Assembly (NCBI GenBank): GCA_045590115.1
Contig: JAZNQJ010000169.1
Span: 1-36,881, forward strand
Reading direction: 5' to 3'
DNA: 36,881 bases
Source of the DNA: Alistipes sp.
GTDB lineage: Bacteria; Bacteroidota; Bacteroidia; Bacteroidales; Rikenellaceae
Below, piece after piece: positions 1 to 9,622 of the stretch; position 1 is the stretch's first letter; each line of letters opens with the position of its first letter. Under the pieces are notes generated by a model. It was not told the DNA's origin and searched no databases. It saw only the letters and a program-made list of their open reading frames with translations. The position numbers and the translations under genes are program-made.

Positions 1-720
1 CCAGCACAGGAGGTCGCTGTTGAGCAGGTTGTAGAGGCTGAGGCTGCTGAGGTTGCTGAGGTAGCAGAGGTTGAGGAGCTTGCAGGTGAGCCTATGCACT
101 TCGCCCTTATGAAGAAGTTCTTGGAAGGTGGTTGGGGCTGGATGCTTCCAGTGCTTGTATGTTTGGTACTTGGTTTGGCTATCGCTATCGAGCGTATCCT
201 TTACTTGACTTTCGCTCAGATCAACACTAAGAAGTTCGTTGCTAACGTAGAGAAGATTCTTAACGAGAAGGGCGTTGACGCTGCTAAGGAGTACTGCCGT
301 AACACTCGCGGCCCTATCGCTTCAATCTACTACCAGGGTCTTATGCGTTACGACCAGGGTCTTGAGGCTGTTGAGAAGGCTGTTGTATCATACGGTTCAG
401 TTCAGCAGGGCTTGATGGAGTCAGGTCTCTCTTGGGTTTCACTCTTCATCGCTTTGTCTCCATCACTCGGCTTCATGGGTACCGTTGTTGGTATGATCCA
501 GGCATTCGACGATATCGAGCGTTCTGCAACAATGTCTCCTACCGTTGTAGCAGGTGGTATCAAGGTGGCTCTTTTGACTACTATGTTGGGTCTTATCTCT
601 GCTGTTATTCTTCAGGTGTTCTTCAACTACATCCTCTCTAAGATCGAGTCTCAGGTAGTTAAGATGGAGGATACTTCTATCTCATTGGTAGATATGCTCA
701 CTGCATACAGCAAGAAATAA
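1..720 (+). CDS. exbB: MotA/TolQ/ExbB proton channel protein (5'-partial; frame is open from base 1)
   Basis: Frame 1 has no stop from base 1 (PAQEVAVEQVVEAEAAEVAEVAEVEELAGEP-MHFAL...). ExbB motifs SPSLGFMGTVVGMIQAFD and GGIKVALLTTMLGL; three TM helices; two exbD genes downstream. Confidence 0.95.
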   Translation, partial: PAQEVAVEQVVEAEAAEVAEVAEVEELAGEPMHFALMKKFLEGGWGWMLPVLVCLVLGLAIAIERILYLTFAQINTKKFVANVEKILNEKGVDAAKEYCRNTRGPIASIYYQGLMRYDQGLEAVEKAVVSYGSVQQGLMESGLSWVSLFIALSPSLGFMGTVVGMIQAFDDIERSATMSPTVVAGGIKVALLTTMLGLISAVILQVFFNYILSKIESQVVKMEDTSISLVDMLTAYSKK

Positions 721-754
721 TTAACGACCTATAACATACAATAGATAGACTATT

Positions 755-2089
755 ATGAAAAAATTACATAGAATAGTATTCCTTATCCTCGCACTGATCT
801 CGGTCGGTTTGATGGCATGGGCTATTGTTGTCGGCATGCAGGCACCAGACTCTGACAAGATTGCTGACATCGTAGGCATGGCTTATCAGTACGACGAGAA
901 TGGTGAGGAGAAGCAGGATACACTTGGCAACCCAATACCCGTAGTCACTACTGAGATGGGTATCGAGGCGATGGGTACTGCTACTATCAATCAGATGAGA
1001 AAGTCTGATGCTACAATCTATGGCACTACCCTCGAGAAGATTAAGAACATCGAGAATAAGATTGCTGAGATCGAGAAGCAGATCGCAAGCAACGACACTA
1101 AGGAGCTTAAGGATGCTGAGGCAAAGGTTGCACAGCTTACTTTCAAGCGTCGTCGCACAGCTGCTGAGAACGCAGAGCTTGACGCTGCAAAGAAGAAGGT
1201 TGAGGAGCTTAAGAACCTCCCTAAGACTCTTGAGGAGCTTAAGGCTAAGCGTACTTGGAATGCAGACGCTACTGAGGCTGAGAAGGTTATCGCTTTGGCT
1301 GACGGTGAGTTCGCTGCAGTTCAGGAGCAGGTTAAGAAGAGCAACGAGGCTATTGAGGCTAAGAAGGCTCAGTTCGATCCAGCTAAGGAACTTGTTGAGA
1401 GTATCTGCAAGGCAGCTAACATCAAGCTCGCAGAGGTTGAGGGTCGTACTGACTACGTAGCTACTTACGAGGAGCTTGTAGCATCACGTGCCGTAAACGC
1501 TGCACAGAAGCGTCAGCTTGCTGGTATCAAGGCTACTATCACTGAGTACCAGAAGCTTGCTAACGAGCTTAAGACCGCTGTTGACAACGAGACTGCTTAT
1601 GAGTCTAACCTTCCTATGTTGAAGGACGCTATCGCTCAGGCAGAGCTTGACCAGCACGCTATGAAGGAGCTTGGTAAGGTTATCAGCTACAACATCTACT
1701 GGGTATACTTCCTATTGGTATTCGCTGTAGTATTCGTAGTTGTAGGCTTCATCCTTAACTTCTTCCAGAACTCTGGTAACGGCGTTGTTACTTTGGTATC
1801 AATCGTTGTAGTTGTCGCAGTTTGTGGCGCAGCTTACTACATTGGTCAGAACCACGGTTGGTTGGATGGCACCGTACTCTACGTTACTAACAACGTAGGT
1901 CAGCCTATCTTGGATAGCGCAGGTCAGCCTATCCCATTCGGCCTTGGTACAGATCCTGAGACTCGTTACGTATTTGACGCATCAGAGTACATGATCGCTG
2001 ACGTTAGCATTTGGATTACTTACCTTGCATGTGCTGGAGCCCTTCTCGCAGCATTGTATTCATCATTGCGTGGTATTTTTAAATCGTAG
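755..2089 (+). CDS. Four-TM membrane protein with long coiled-coil loop, in the exbB-exbD operon
   Basis: Hydrophobic segments at about aa 7-28, 313-337, 344-365 and 415-437. Ala/Glu/Lys heptad-rich region between TM1 and TM2. Same biased codon use (GCT/AAG/GAG/CTT) as exbB; 3-bp gap to exbD. Confidence 0.85.
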   Translation: MKKLHRIVFLILALISVGLMAWAIVVGMQAPDSDKIADIVGMAYQYDENGEEKQDTLGNPIPVVTTEMGIEAMGTATINQMRKSDATIYGTTLEKIKNIENKIAEIEKQIASNDTKELKDAEAKVAQLTFKRRRTAAENAELDAAKKKVEELKNLPKTLEELKAKRTWNADATEAEKVIALADGEFAAVQEQVKKSNEAIEAKKAQFDPAKELVESICKAANIKLAEVEGRTDYVATYEELVASRAVNAAQKRQLAGIKATITEYQKLANELKTAVDNETAYESNLPMLKDAIAQAELDQHAMKELGKVISYNIYWVYFLLVFAVVFVVVGFILNFFQNSGNGVVTLVSIVVVVAVCGAAYYIGQNHGWLDGTVLYVTNNVGQPILDSAGQPIPFGLGTDPETRYVFDASEYMIADVSIWITYLACAGALLAALYSSLRGIFKS

Positions 2090-2092
2090 TTT

Positions 2093-2692
2093 ATGGCAAA
2101 GGGAAAGAAAAAGGCTGGAGAGATTAACTCCAGTTCAATGGCGGATATTGCATTCTTGCTGTTGATATTCTTCTTGGTAACCACTACGATGGATGTCGAC
2201 TCTGGTATGAAGCGTACGCTTCCTCCAATTGCCGACAACGAGCAGCAAAAGGATGATGTAGAGCTCAAGGAGCGTAACGTACTCATGGTTAACGTCTCTA
2301 AGGAGGGACGTATCATGGTTGGCACAGAGGAGTATATGCCTGCAGACCTAAACCGTCGCGGCGACCACTCTCGAATGTCACGTGAGGTACTCGACTTCCT
2401 CGTGGGCGGCGATCGCTCAGAGAAGAAGGCTACCGATATTGAGCCAGGCATCAGCTGTGAGATCAGCGTGGGTGTTGTATCACTCAAGGCTGATAACGAG
2501 ACCAAGTATGATATCTACCTTAAGGTGCAAGACGAGCTTACTCACGCCTTCAACGTGTATCGTGACATTATCACAGCACAGGCGTATGGTAAGCCATTTG
2601 AAGAGTTGAATGAGATTCAGGCAGGAAACATTCGTAAGGCAGTACCTGTGAAGGTTTCTGAGGCCGAACCTAACGATCAAACACGTAAGTAA
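2093..2692 (+). CDS. exbD: Biopolymer transport protein ExbD
   Basis: EINSSSMADIAFLLLIFFLVTT TM motif with conserved Asp; C-terminal VSLKADNETKYDIYLKVQDEL. Confidence 0.93.
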   Translation: MAKGKKKAGEINSSSMADIAFLLLIFFLVTTTMDVDSGMKRTLPPIADNEQQKDDVELKERNVLMVNVSKEGRIMVGTEEYMPADLNRRGDHSRMSREVLDFLVGGDRSEKKATDIEPGISCEISVGVVSLKADNETKYDIYLKVQDELTHAFNVYRDIITAQAYGKPFEELNEIQAGNIRKAVPVKVSEAEPNDQTRK

Positions 2693-2694
2693 TT

Positions 2695-3147
2695 ATGGCA
2701 GTAATGGCAAAAAAGGGCAAGAAAGAAGTGCCCGCAATGTCGACCTCGTCACTACCTGACATCGTCTTCATGCTTCTGTTCTTCTTCATGGCGGCAACGA
2801 CCATGCGAGATACAGATCCATTGGTGACAGTGTCAATGCCCGAGGCGCATGAGATTACAGAGCTTGATAAGAAGGGTTTGGTTAACATCTGGATCGGTCA
2901 GCCACTTCAGCGTGGCGAGGGTGACGCTCTAAAGATTCAGCTTAACGATCAGATTTGCGACGTTTCTGACATTCAGGACCTCGTACACGACGCAAGCTCG
3001 AAGAAGGGTATGGCGCTCTCACAGATGCTTATCAACCTACGAGTAGACAAGACTGCTACAGTAGGTAAGCTCACAGACGTTAAGCAGGAGTTGCGTAGAG
3101 CAGAGGCTTATAGCATCTCTTATGCAGCTAAGACCCGAGTACATTAA
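2695..3147 (+). CDS. exbD: Biopolymer transport protein ExbD (second paralogue)
   Basis: STSSLPDIVFMLLFFFM TM motif with Asp; LRVDKTATVGKLTDVKQELR motif. Confidence 0.93.
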   Translation: MAVMAKKGKKEVPAMSTSSLPDIVFMLLFFFMAATTMRDTDPLVTVSMPEAHEITELDKKGLVNIWIGQPLQRGEGDALKIQLNDQICDVSDIQDLVHDASSKKGMALSQMLINLRVDKTATVGKLTDVKQELRRAEAYSISYAAKTRVH

Positions 3148-3164
3148 TATTATACTCTAATACT

Positions 3165-3200
3165 GAGGAGGCGACCAATTATCGGTCGCCTCTTTTGTTT
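3165..3200 (+). terminator. Intrinsic terminator of the exbBD operon
   Basis: GAGGCGACC (3168-3176) pairs with GGTCGCCTC (3184-3192), followed by TTTTGTTT. Confidence 0.85.
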
Positions 3201-3276
3201 TGTGGTATAGGGATGTTTTGGGAGATTGCTGAGGATTTTTATAGTGGTCAAAGGTTATAGTACTAACCTTTTTTTG

Positions 3277-3284
3277 TATATTTG
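3277..3284 (+). promoter_or_regulatory. Bacteroidetes -7 promoter element for the OM barrel gene
   Basis: TATATTTG matches TAnnTTTG, 22 bp before ATG 3307. Confidence 0.6.
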
Positions 3285-3306
3285 CATTTAGAAACTAACC
3301 CTCACT

Positions 3307-5733
3307 ATGAAGTCGCAAGTAGTCAAGATTGCGGTAATCATAATGGTTGCCATACTCGCTCCCACCTATTGCCATGCGCAATTAGATGGCTCGTTAGACT
3401 TCCTGCAATATAAGTACAACAAGGAGGAGAGCGAGATGCTTGGGTGGCTAAGTCTGGCGTTTGAGGGCAATGAGGTAAAGACTAAAAGTCCAGAGTTCAA
3501 CCGCAAATCCAAAAGCTATTACGCACTACGCAGCCTCAGATATCAGCCACGCGGCGAGGAGAGCAGCTCACATCGCTACATGGTAAACGGACTACAGCTC
3601 GACTACTCCACATCACGACTATTTACGCTTCTCAACATTAGTCGCTACGAGGGAATGGGAGTAACGCACTACTACATTGCCGAAGGACAACCCAAATACC
3701 TCGGCTACAAACTCTACGGTAGTATCACAGGACGTAACCACACAGGCTCGCTGCAGTTCAGCTCACGAAATATGATATCGCCATACGGAGTGGCACTCAA
3801 CGAGGATTGGGTAGTAAGCTCAGCAACACGAATAACATTTGGTCCCGACTTCTATATTGATGGTGTAGAGAGCAATGGCTTTGAGGTAGCACTATCTGCC
3901 TACCGCAAGAAGCTGGGTAATACCCTATTCTTCGCCATTATGCTACCATACACCAATCGAGGAGTCAGGCAATATACCTCTGAGGAGGCATTCACGCTTA
4001 CTAACAACATATACTATAACCCGGCATGGGGCATACACAATGGCAAGGTGCGAAATAGCCGACATATGACACGCTTTACACCTGAAGCCGTAGCAATGTG
4101 GGAGCATAAGCTCAGCGCATGGACAACGATGAGCATCACATCACGCCTAAGGTTTGAACATAGTGGTCGCACAATGCTCGGATGGTACGACAGTCAGACA
4201 CCTAAGCCCGATAACTACAGATACCTACCGTCGTTCTACACCAAGCCGCAGGATAGATATATTGTGGAGGATGCTTGGCGTAATCGTGACATAGGGTATA
4301 CACAGGTGGATTGGAGCAGACTATACCATACAAACGCCATACAGAGTGATGGGCAGGCGGCATATGCCCTTGAGAATAGGATCACCAACACCCTAAGTGG
4401 TGATCTATCGATACTTCTGCGTAGTCAGCTACGTGGCGTTGACCTTAGATATGGCATCGGAGCAGACTACGACAGCGAGCATCGCTTCAAGCGTGCCGAT
4501 GATCTGCTTGGTGCTGACCACCTACTCAACATAGACTACTTCATTGTGGATGATAGCACCTTCGGCTCTGAGTATCGCAACAACCTTCGTGGCAAGAGGT
4601 TGGAGGTCTACGAGGGCGAGAAATTTGGCTATCATTACCGCCTATCGTCATATTGGGTAGCAATGTTTGCCAATGCCGGGTTCAAGATTGGGGAGGTTGA
4701 CATGGAGGTAGGGGCAACACTTAGTACCGAGAGCTTTCGCCGTCGTGGATACTTTGAGAGGGAACTATTCTCGGGCAACGGCTCGTATGGCCGCTCACAG
4801 CGTGTGACGCTATACCCAACATCGGTGATGGTGCGTGGTAGCTACGACTTTAACAACCACATGTTTGGATTTGGCCTTGAGGCGATGAGCAAGTCTCCAG
4901 ACTTAGATGCGTTATGGCTACAGCCCGACTACAACAATCGCCTTGTGGACAACCCACACACAAGCATATCACTACGTTCATACGTTGAGTATGGCTTAGT
5001 GTTACAGCGCCTTGAGCTACGTGCCTCGCTTTTTGCCTCGCACAATAGTCGTGGAAGCAACGTTGAGCGTTACTACGATGACTTTGTTGGCCAATACTGT
5101 GATGCTGTAGTCAGAGACCTCACATATACCAACTTTGGCTTTGAGATAGATGCTACGGTGCGCTGGCGAAGAACACTAAGCTCCACATTTATGCTCTCGG
5201 CAGCACGCTACCGCTACACTAAGGATGCTCGGGTGACGACATACACCGACTCAAGCAACCAACTCGTGGCAAACTCAATATCAGCAATGCGAGGATTGGC
5301 TACGGGATATCCTGAGATTGCCGCCTATGGAGACATTACATTCAGTAAGGATGGCTGGCAGGCAACACTATCAGCTCAATATTGGGGATCACGCCATGTG
5401 GCACCCTCGCCAATACGTCGCTCGGAGCGCATCCTGAGCTACACGCACTCCACTTTAGAGCGCAACACACTACTTAGTCAACAGCGCTTAGGCGATGCAG
5501 CAACACTAAATATAGAGCTAAGCAAGAGCTTTGAACTAAAAAATGACACTGCGCTACGCATATCGCTCTCCGTAGAGAACATCATTGGTAGCAAGATCGT
5601 ATACGCAGGCTTCGAGCAGCCACGCACACGTCGCATAGAGAATGGTCACTATAGCTCAGTAACACCCTTTGCCAACAATATCTGCTACGCCTATGGACGT
5701 ACGTTTCGCCTAAATATTGGTCTTACAATATAG
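3307..5733 (+). CDS. Outer-membrane beta-barrel, divergent TonB-dependent-receptor-like protein
   Basis: Signal peptide; plug-like RYQPRG...YMVNG; YYNPAWG, PKPDNYRYLPS and DDLLGAD motifs recalled from a Bacteroidetes TBDR family; alternating beta-strand pattern; C-terminal YAYGRTFRLNIGLTI. Confidence 0.72.
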   Translation: MKSQVVKIAVIIMVAILAPTYCHAQLDGSLDFLQYKYNKEESEMLGWLSLAFEGNEVKTKSPEFNRKSKSYYALRSLRYQPRGEESSSHRYMVNGLQLDYSTSRLFTLLNISRYEGMGVTHYYIAEGQPKYLGYKLYGSITGRNHTGSLQFSSRNMISPYGVALNEDWVVSSATRITFGPDFYIDGVESNGFEVALSAYRKKLGNTLFFAIMLPYTNRGVRQYTSEEAFTLTNNIYYNPAWGIHNGKVRNSRHMTRFTPEAVAMWEHKLSAWTTMSITSRLRFEHSGRTMLGWYDSQTPKPDNYRYLPSFYTKPQDRYIVEDAWRNRDIGYTQVDWSRLYHTNAIQSDGQAAYALENRITNTLSGDLSILLRSQLRGVDLRYGIGADYDSEHRFKRADDLLGADHLLNIDYFIVDDSTFGSEYRNNLRGKRLEVYEGEKFGYHYRLSSYWVAMFANAGFKIGEVDMEVGATLSTESFRRRGYFERELFSGNGSYGRSQRVTLYPTSVMVRGSYDFNNHMFGFGLEAMSKSPDLDALWLQPDYNNRLVDNPHTSISLRSYVEYGLVLQRLELRASLFASHNSRGSNVERYYDDFVGQYCDAVVRDLTYTNFGFEIDATVRWRRTLSSTFMLSAARYRYTKDARVTTYTDSSNQLVANSISAMRGLATGYPEIAAYGDITFSKDGWQATLSAQYWGSRHVAPSPIRRSERILSYTHSTLERNTLLSQQRLGDAATLNIELSKSFELKNDTALRISLSVENIIGSKIVYAGFEQPRTRRIENGHYSSVTPFANNICYAYGRTFRLNIGLTI

Positions 5734-5752
5734 TCATATGATATAAATTGTA

Positions 5753-5760
5753 TATTTTTG
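5753..5760 (+). promoter_or_regulatory. -7 promoter element for ccsBA
   Basis: TATTTTTG 29 bp upstream of ATG 5790 in an AT-rich gap. Confidence 0.45.
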
Positions 5761-5789
5761 TAATATAACTAACCTAACGACTAAGAGCC

Positions 5790-8021
5790 ATGCAGAACGC
5801 AAAACTAAAACCTATACTTAAGCTACTCTCATTCGGCACACTCGCCTTAGTGGTCGTGGCGCTGATGGGAGCGACTGTCGTAGAGAAGATTCATGGCAGC
5901 GAGCTGGTGCTAAGCAAGATATATACCGCACCATGGATGATAGCCCTGTGGGGTGTTGCCACGCTAAGCTCGTTGGCATATATAGCCCTATGCGGCATGC
6001 AACGTCGCTGGCGAATACTCCTGCTACACCTCTCATTTGCAGTGATACTTATTGGTGCGCTCACAACACATCTTACGGGATATGAGGGAGCGCTACGCAT
6101 ACGTGAGGGCGAGAGTGTCGCAACATACCAGCTTCGTGGCGGAGGTAGTCGAGAGCTGGGCTTTGAGCTACGTCTCGATGACTTTGAGCTACAATACTAC
6201 GAGGGTACAATGGCACCGATGGACTACCTGAGCCACCTGACCATAAGTGATACGGAGGGCGAGCATAAAGGGGTAGTGTCGATGAACAACATCCTACGCC
6301 ACCGAGGTCACCGCATCTATCAGTCGGGCTATGACCCTGACGCTAAAGGCTCTACGCTGATGATTACGTACGACCCCTACGGCATTGCGATAACATACTT
6401 CGGTTATGCGCTACTACTCGTAGCGTGCTTTGCCTTCTTCTTCGAGCCTAAGTCTATGTTCCGAGAACTTCTGCGCCACCCTGCACTACGCCGACTATCT
6501 GTCGTGGCGTTGCTCATAACTATCTCTGCAACAGGCTTCAAGGCACAGGCTACAGAGCGACCACTACCCAAGGCCCTGTCTAAGGAGGCGGCAGAAGCCT
6601 TCTGCGATATATGCGTCTACCACAACGACCGCATAGCACCCCTTGAGACACTCGCTACGGAGTTCTGCACAAAGCTATATGGCAAGTCGGAGTACCGAGG
6701 ACTTAGTGCCGAACAGGTGCTTACAGGATGGTTCTTCTATTACGAGGATTGGAAGCTTGAGCCGATGATAAAGATTAAGGGTGACGACATCGCCGCTATC
6801 CTCGGCATCGAGGGTAAGTATGCCCGCCTGGTGGACTACACCTCTACGGAAGGCTACAAACTTGAGGCTGCATTACGTGGCGAGGCGAAGGTAAACCGAC
6901 AGAATGCTGAGCTGGCAAACGAGAAGTTTAACCTTGTGAGCATGCTCTGCATGGGTACTCTACTCAAGATATACCCCTACACAAACGCCGAAGGTGAGTG
7001 TGTGTGGTACTCGCTATCCGACACCCTACCCCAGGATATGCCCCATGAAGAGGTGTTGTTCATCCGCAAGGGCATGAACCTCGTTGCCGAGGCGGTCATG
7101 AAGCAGGACTACGCAAGTGTCATGGACATCATGAGCAAGGTGGCAATATACCAACAGCAGCGTGCCGAGGCGATGCCCTCTGAGGCAAAGCTACGTGCCG
7201 AGAGATACTACAACGACATTAACATGAACCGCCAATCGGCGATGTCCTGCCTGATGTTAGGCATACTATCGTTCATCATCTTCTGCAACACCCCTGAGCG
7301 TGTCACTAAGCTTATGCGTGGTGCTATTTACACTTTCCTCGCCATGCTATGCGCCTATCTGAGCCTACACATAGGCCTACGCTACTACATCTCGGGGCAT
7401 GTGCCACTTTCAAACGGCTACGAGACCATGCAGTTTATGTCGTGGTGCAGTGTGGTGCTAACACTCGCTGTTGGACATAAGTTTCGCATGGCACTACCCT
7501 TTGGACTGCTCATCGCAGGCTTCACACTGCTTGTGGCAATGCTCGGCGAGGCATCGCCACGCATCACTCAGCTGATGCCAGTACTACAGTCGCCTCTGCT
7601 TAGCATACATGTGATGGTGATAATGATAAGCTACACGTTGTTTGCCTTTATGCTACTTAATGGCATCACCGCTGTAGTGCTACACCTCACACGCGGCAAC
7701 GAGGCAAAGGAGCAGATAGAGTACCTCAGCGTGGTAAGCCGCATAATGCTCTACCCCGCGGTGATACTCTTGGCCATAGGCATCTTCATCGGCGCTGTGT
7801 GGGCAAATGTGTCGTGGGGCAGATATTGGGGCTGGGACCCTAAGGAGGTGTGGGCGCTCATTACCATGCTTATCTATGCAGCGCTGATTCATAGTGGCTC
7901 GCTGGGTGCGCTACGCAAACCTATGACCTTCCATGTCCTCACTATTGTGGCATTCTTGGCGGTGATTGTCACCTACTTTGGTGTGAACTTCATCCTCGGT
8001 GGCATGCACAGCTATGCGTAG
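5790..8021 (+). CDS. ccsA: Fused system II cytochrome c synthase CcsBA (ResB-ResC)
   Basis: WWD domain WANVSWGRYWGWDPKEVW; His ligands in LLHLSF, SIHVMVIMISY and GGMHSYA; N-terminal ResB-like domain; adjacent to a c-type cytochrome. Confidence 0.93.
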   Translation: MQNAKLKPILKLLSFGTLALVVVALMGATVVEKIHGSELVLSKIYTAPWMIALWGVATLSSLAYIALCGMQRRWRILLLHLSFAVILIGALTTHLTGYEGALRIREGESVATYQLRGGGSRELGFELRLDDFELQYYEGTMAPMDYLSHLTISDTEGEHKGVVSMNNILRHRGHRIYQSGYDPDAKGSTLMITYDPYGIAITYFGYALLLVACFAFFFEPKSMFRELLRHPALRRLSVVALLITISATGFKAQATERPLPKALSKEAAEAFCDICVYHNDRIAPLETLATEFCTKLYGKSEYRGLSAEQVLTGWFFYYEDWKLEPMIKIKGDDIAAILGIEGKYARLVDYTSTEGYKLEAALRGEAKVNRQNAELANEKFNLVSMLCMGTLLKIYPYTNAEGECVWYSLSDTLPQDMPHEEVLFIRKGMNLVAEAVMKQDYASVMDIMSKVAIYQQQRAEAMPSEAKLRAERYYNDINMNRQSAMSCLMLGILSFIIFCNTPERVTKLMRGAIYTFLAMLCAYLSLHIGLRYYISGHVPLSNGYETMQFMSWCSVVLTLAVGHKFRMALPFGLLIAGFTLLVAMLGEASPRITQLMPVLQSPLLSIHVMVIMISYTLFAFMLLNGITAVVLHLTRGNEAKEQIEYLSVVSRIMLYPAVILLAIGIFIGAVWANVSWGRYWGWDPKEVWALITMLIYAALIHSGSLGALRKPMTFHVLTIVAFLAVIVTYFGVNFILGGMHSYA

Positions 8022-8147
8022 TGATACACAAAAGTTCAAAATATCATTATTTTGGCAATAAAATTTTAGAGTTTAAGAAAAATGTATTATCTTTAACCTG
8101 CGAAAAGTGATATAACCAAATAAAGTTACCTTAAAAACTCTAAGATT

Positions 8148-9569
8148 ATGAAGAGACTATTTACCTTTAAGAGCATGTCGATAGCGCTTGGCGTTGTTGC
8201 TGTGGCGCTCGTCATCGTCTACTTCATCACCCTAACACCCCCTTCTAAAGATCTCGCACCACGTGACCAAGTGGCTGAGATTATTGCCAAGGGTGGATGT
8301 ATGAGCTGTCACACGAAGGATGCGCCCAAGCCATTCTACGCAAGTTTCCCCATAGCTGGCAAGATGGTGGTGGAAGATATCGAAAAGGGCTACCATGCTT
8401 ACGACATTGAGCCTTTCGTAAAGGCGTTGGAGGAGGGTACTACACCCAACCCCGTAGATGTTGCCAAGGTTGAGAAGGTCATCGTCGATGGCACAATGCC
8501 CGCAGCAAAGTACTACCTTGTGCATTGGGGTAGCCAATCGACAAAGGCCAAGGGCGAGATTGTGGCCAAGTGGGCTGCAGACTATCGCTCGGAGTATTAT
8601 GCCGACGGCCTTGAGGGCGAGCGTGCTGGCGAGCCTGTGCGTCCTATTGCCGAGTCTAAGGATATCGACCAGGCAAAGGCTGAGCTTGGATTCCTGCTAT
8701 ACCACGACACACGACTCTCGGTGGACAACACCGTATCGTGCGCTACGTGCCACGACCTTAAGACAGGCGGTGTGGACAACCACCGCTACTCACATGGCGT
8801 GAACGACCAGCTGGGTGGCGTAAATGCCCCTACGGTATACAACTCGGCATACAACTTTGTGCAGTTCTGGGATGGTCGTGCCAAGACTCTCGCCGAGCAG
8901 GCTGCAGGACCTCCGCTCAACCCTGTGGAGATGGCATCAACATCGTTCGATGAGATTATCGCCAAGCTTGAGGCCGACAAGGAGTTTGTCGAGAAGTTCA
9001 CGAAGGTATATCCAGATGGTATCTCGGAGGCTAACCTCACAAACGCTATCGAGGAGTTTGAGCGCACGCTGAATACTCCTAACTCTCGCTTCGACAAGTG
9101 GTTGCGTGGCGACAACGAGGCTATCACAGCTCAGGAGCTTGAGGGCTACGAGCTATTTAAGAAGTATAGCTGTGCTACATGCCACGTGGGTCAGAACCTC
9201 GGTGGTCAGTCGTATGAGCTTATGGGACTTCGCCGCCATTACTTTGAAGCACGTGGCGAGGCACTCACCGAAGAGGACAACGGCCGCTTCAAGCAGACTA
9301 AGGAGGAACGTGACCGCCACCGATTCAAGGTGCCAGGACTACGCAACGTGGAGCTTACATGGCCATACTACCACGATGGTACACGTGAAACGATGGAGGA
9401 GGCTGTTGCCGACATGGCACGCTACCAATCAGACGTAGACATTACTGAGGAGGAGAGTGCAACAATCGTAGCCTTCCTACGCACACTCACAGGCGAGCAT
9501 AAGGGCGTGAAGCTCACCAACCCTAACGAGTATGGCGTAACGCTCGATGCCGATCACGACCACCATTAA
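8148..9569 (+). CDS. ccp: Membrane-anchored tri-haem cytochrome c peroxidase (YhjA/Ccp type)
   Basis: Three CXXCH motifs (CMSCH, CATCH, CATCH); QFWDGRA, NPVEM and FKVPGLRNVELTWPYYHDG CCP_MauG motifs; N-terminal TM. Confidence 0.93.
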   Translation: MKRLFTFKSMSIALGVVAVALVIVYFITLTPPSKDLAPRDQVAEIIAKGGCMSCHTKDAPKPFYASFPIAGKMVVEDIEKGYHAYDIEPFVKALEEGTTPNPVDVAKVEKVIVDGTMPAAKYYLVHWGSQSTKAKGEIVAKWAADYRSEYYADGLEGERAGEPVRPIAESKDIDQAKAELGFLLYHDTRLSVDNTVSCATCHDLKTGGVDNHRYSHGVNDQLGGVNAPTVYNSAYNFVQFWDGRAKTLAEQAAGPPLNPVEMASTSFDEIIAKLEADKEFVEKFTKVYPDGISEANLTNAIEEFERTLNTPNSRFDKWLRGDNEAITAQELEGYELFKKYSCATCHVGQNLGGQSYELMGLRRHYFEARGEALTEEDNGRFKQTKEERDRHRFKVPGLRNVELTWPYYHDGTRETMEEAVADMARYQSDVDITEEESATIVAFLRTLTGEHKGVKLTNPNEYGVTLDADHDHH

Positions 9570-9579
9570 TAGATACCAA

Positions 9580-9619
9580 GGGGGTGACTAAAAAGTATTT
9601 TAGCCAGCCCCATTTTTTT
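9580..9619 (+). terminator. Intrinsic terminator after ccp
   Basis: Imperfect stem GGGGTGACTAAAA / TTTTAGCCAGCCCC followed by ATTTTTTT. Confidence 0.65.
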
Positions 9620-9622
9620 GTT

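Noticed and set aside
94-96. ORF-track start of exbB
   Set aside because: The frame is open back to base 1 with coding-like codon bias, so the true start lies outside the window.
1008-1460. 150-aa Arg/Leu/Ser-rich alternative-frame ORF, and similar shadow ORFs throughout the window
   Set aside because: By-product of strong GAG/AAG/GCT codon bias in the real gene; no motifs or expression signals.
8022-8147. Possible OxyR site upstream of ccp
   Set aside because: The region is AT-rich but I could not find a convincing spaced ATAG/CTAT pattern.
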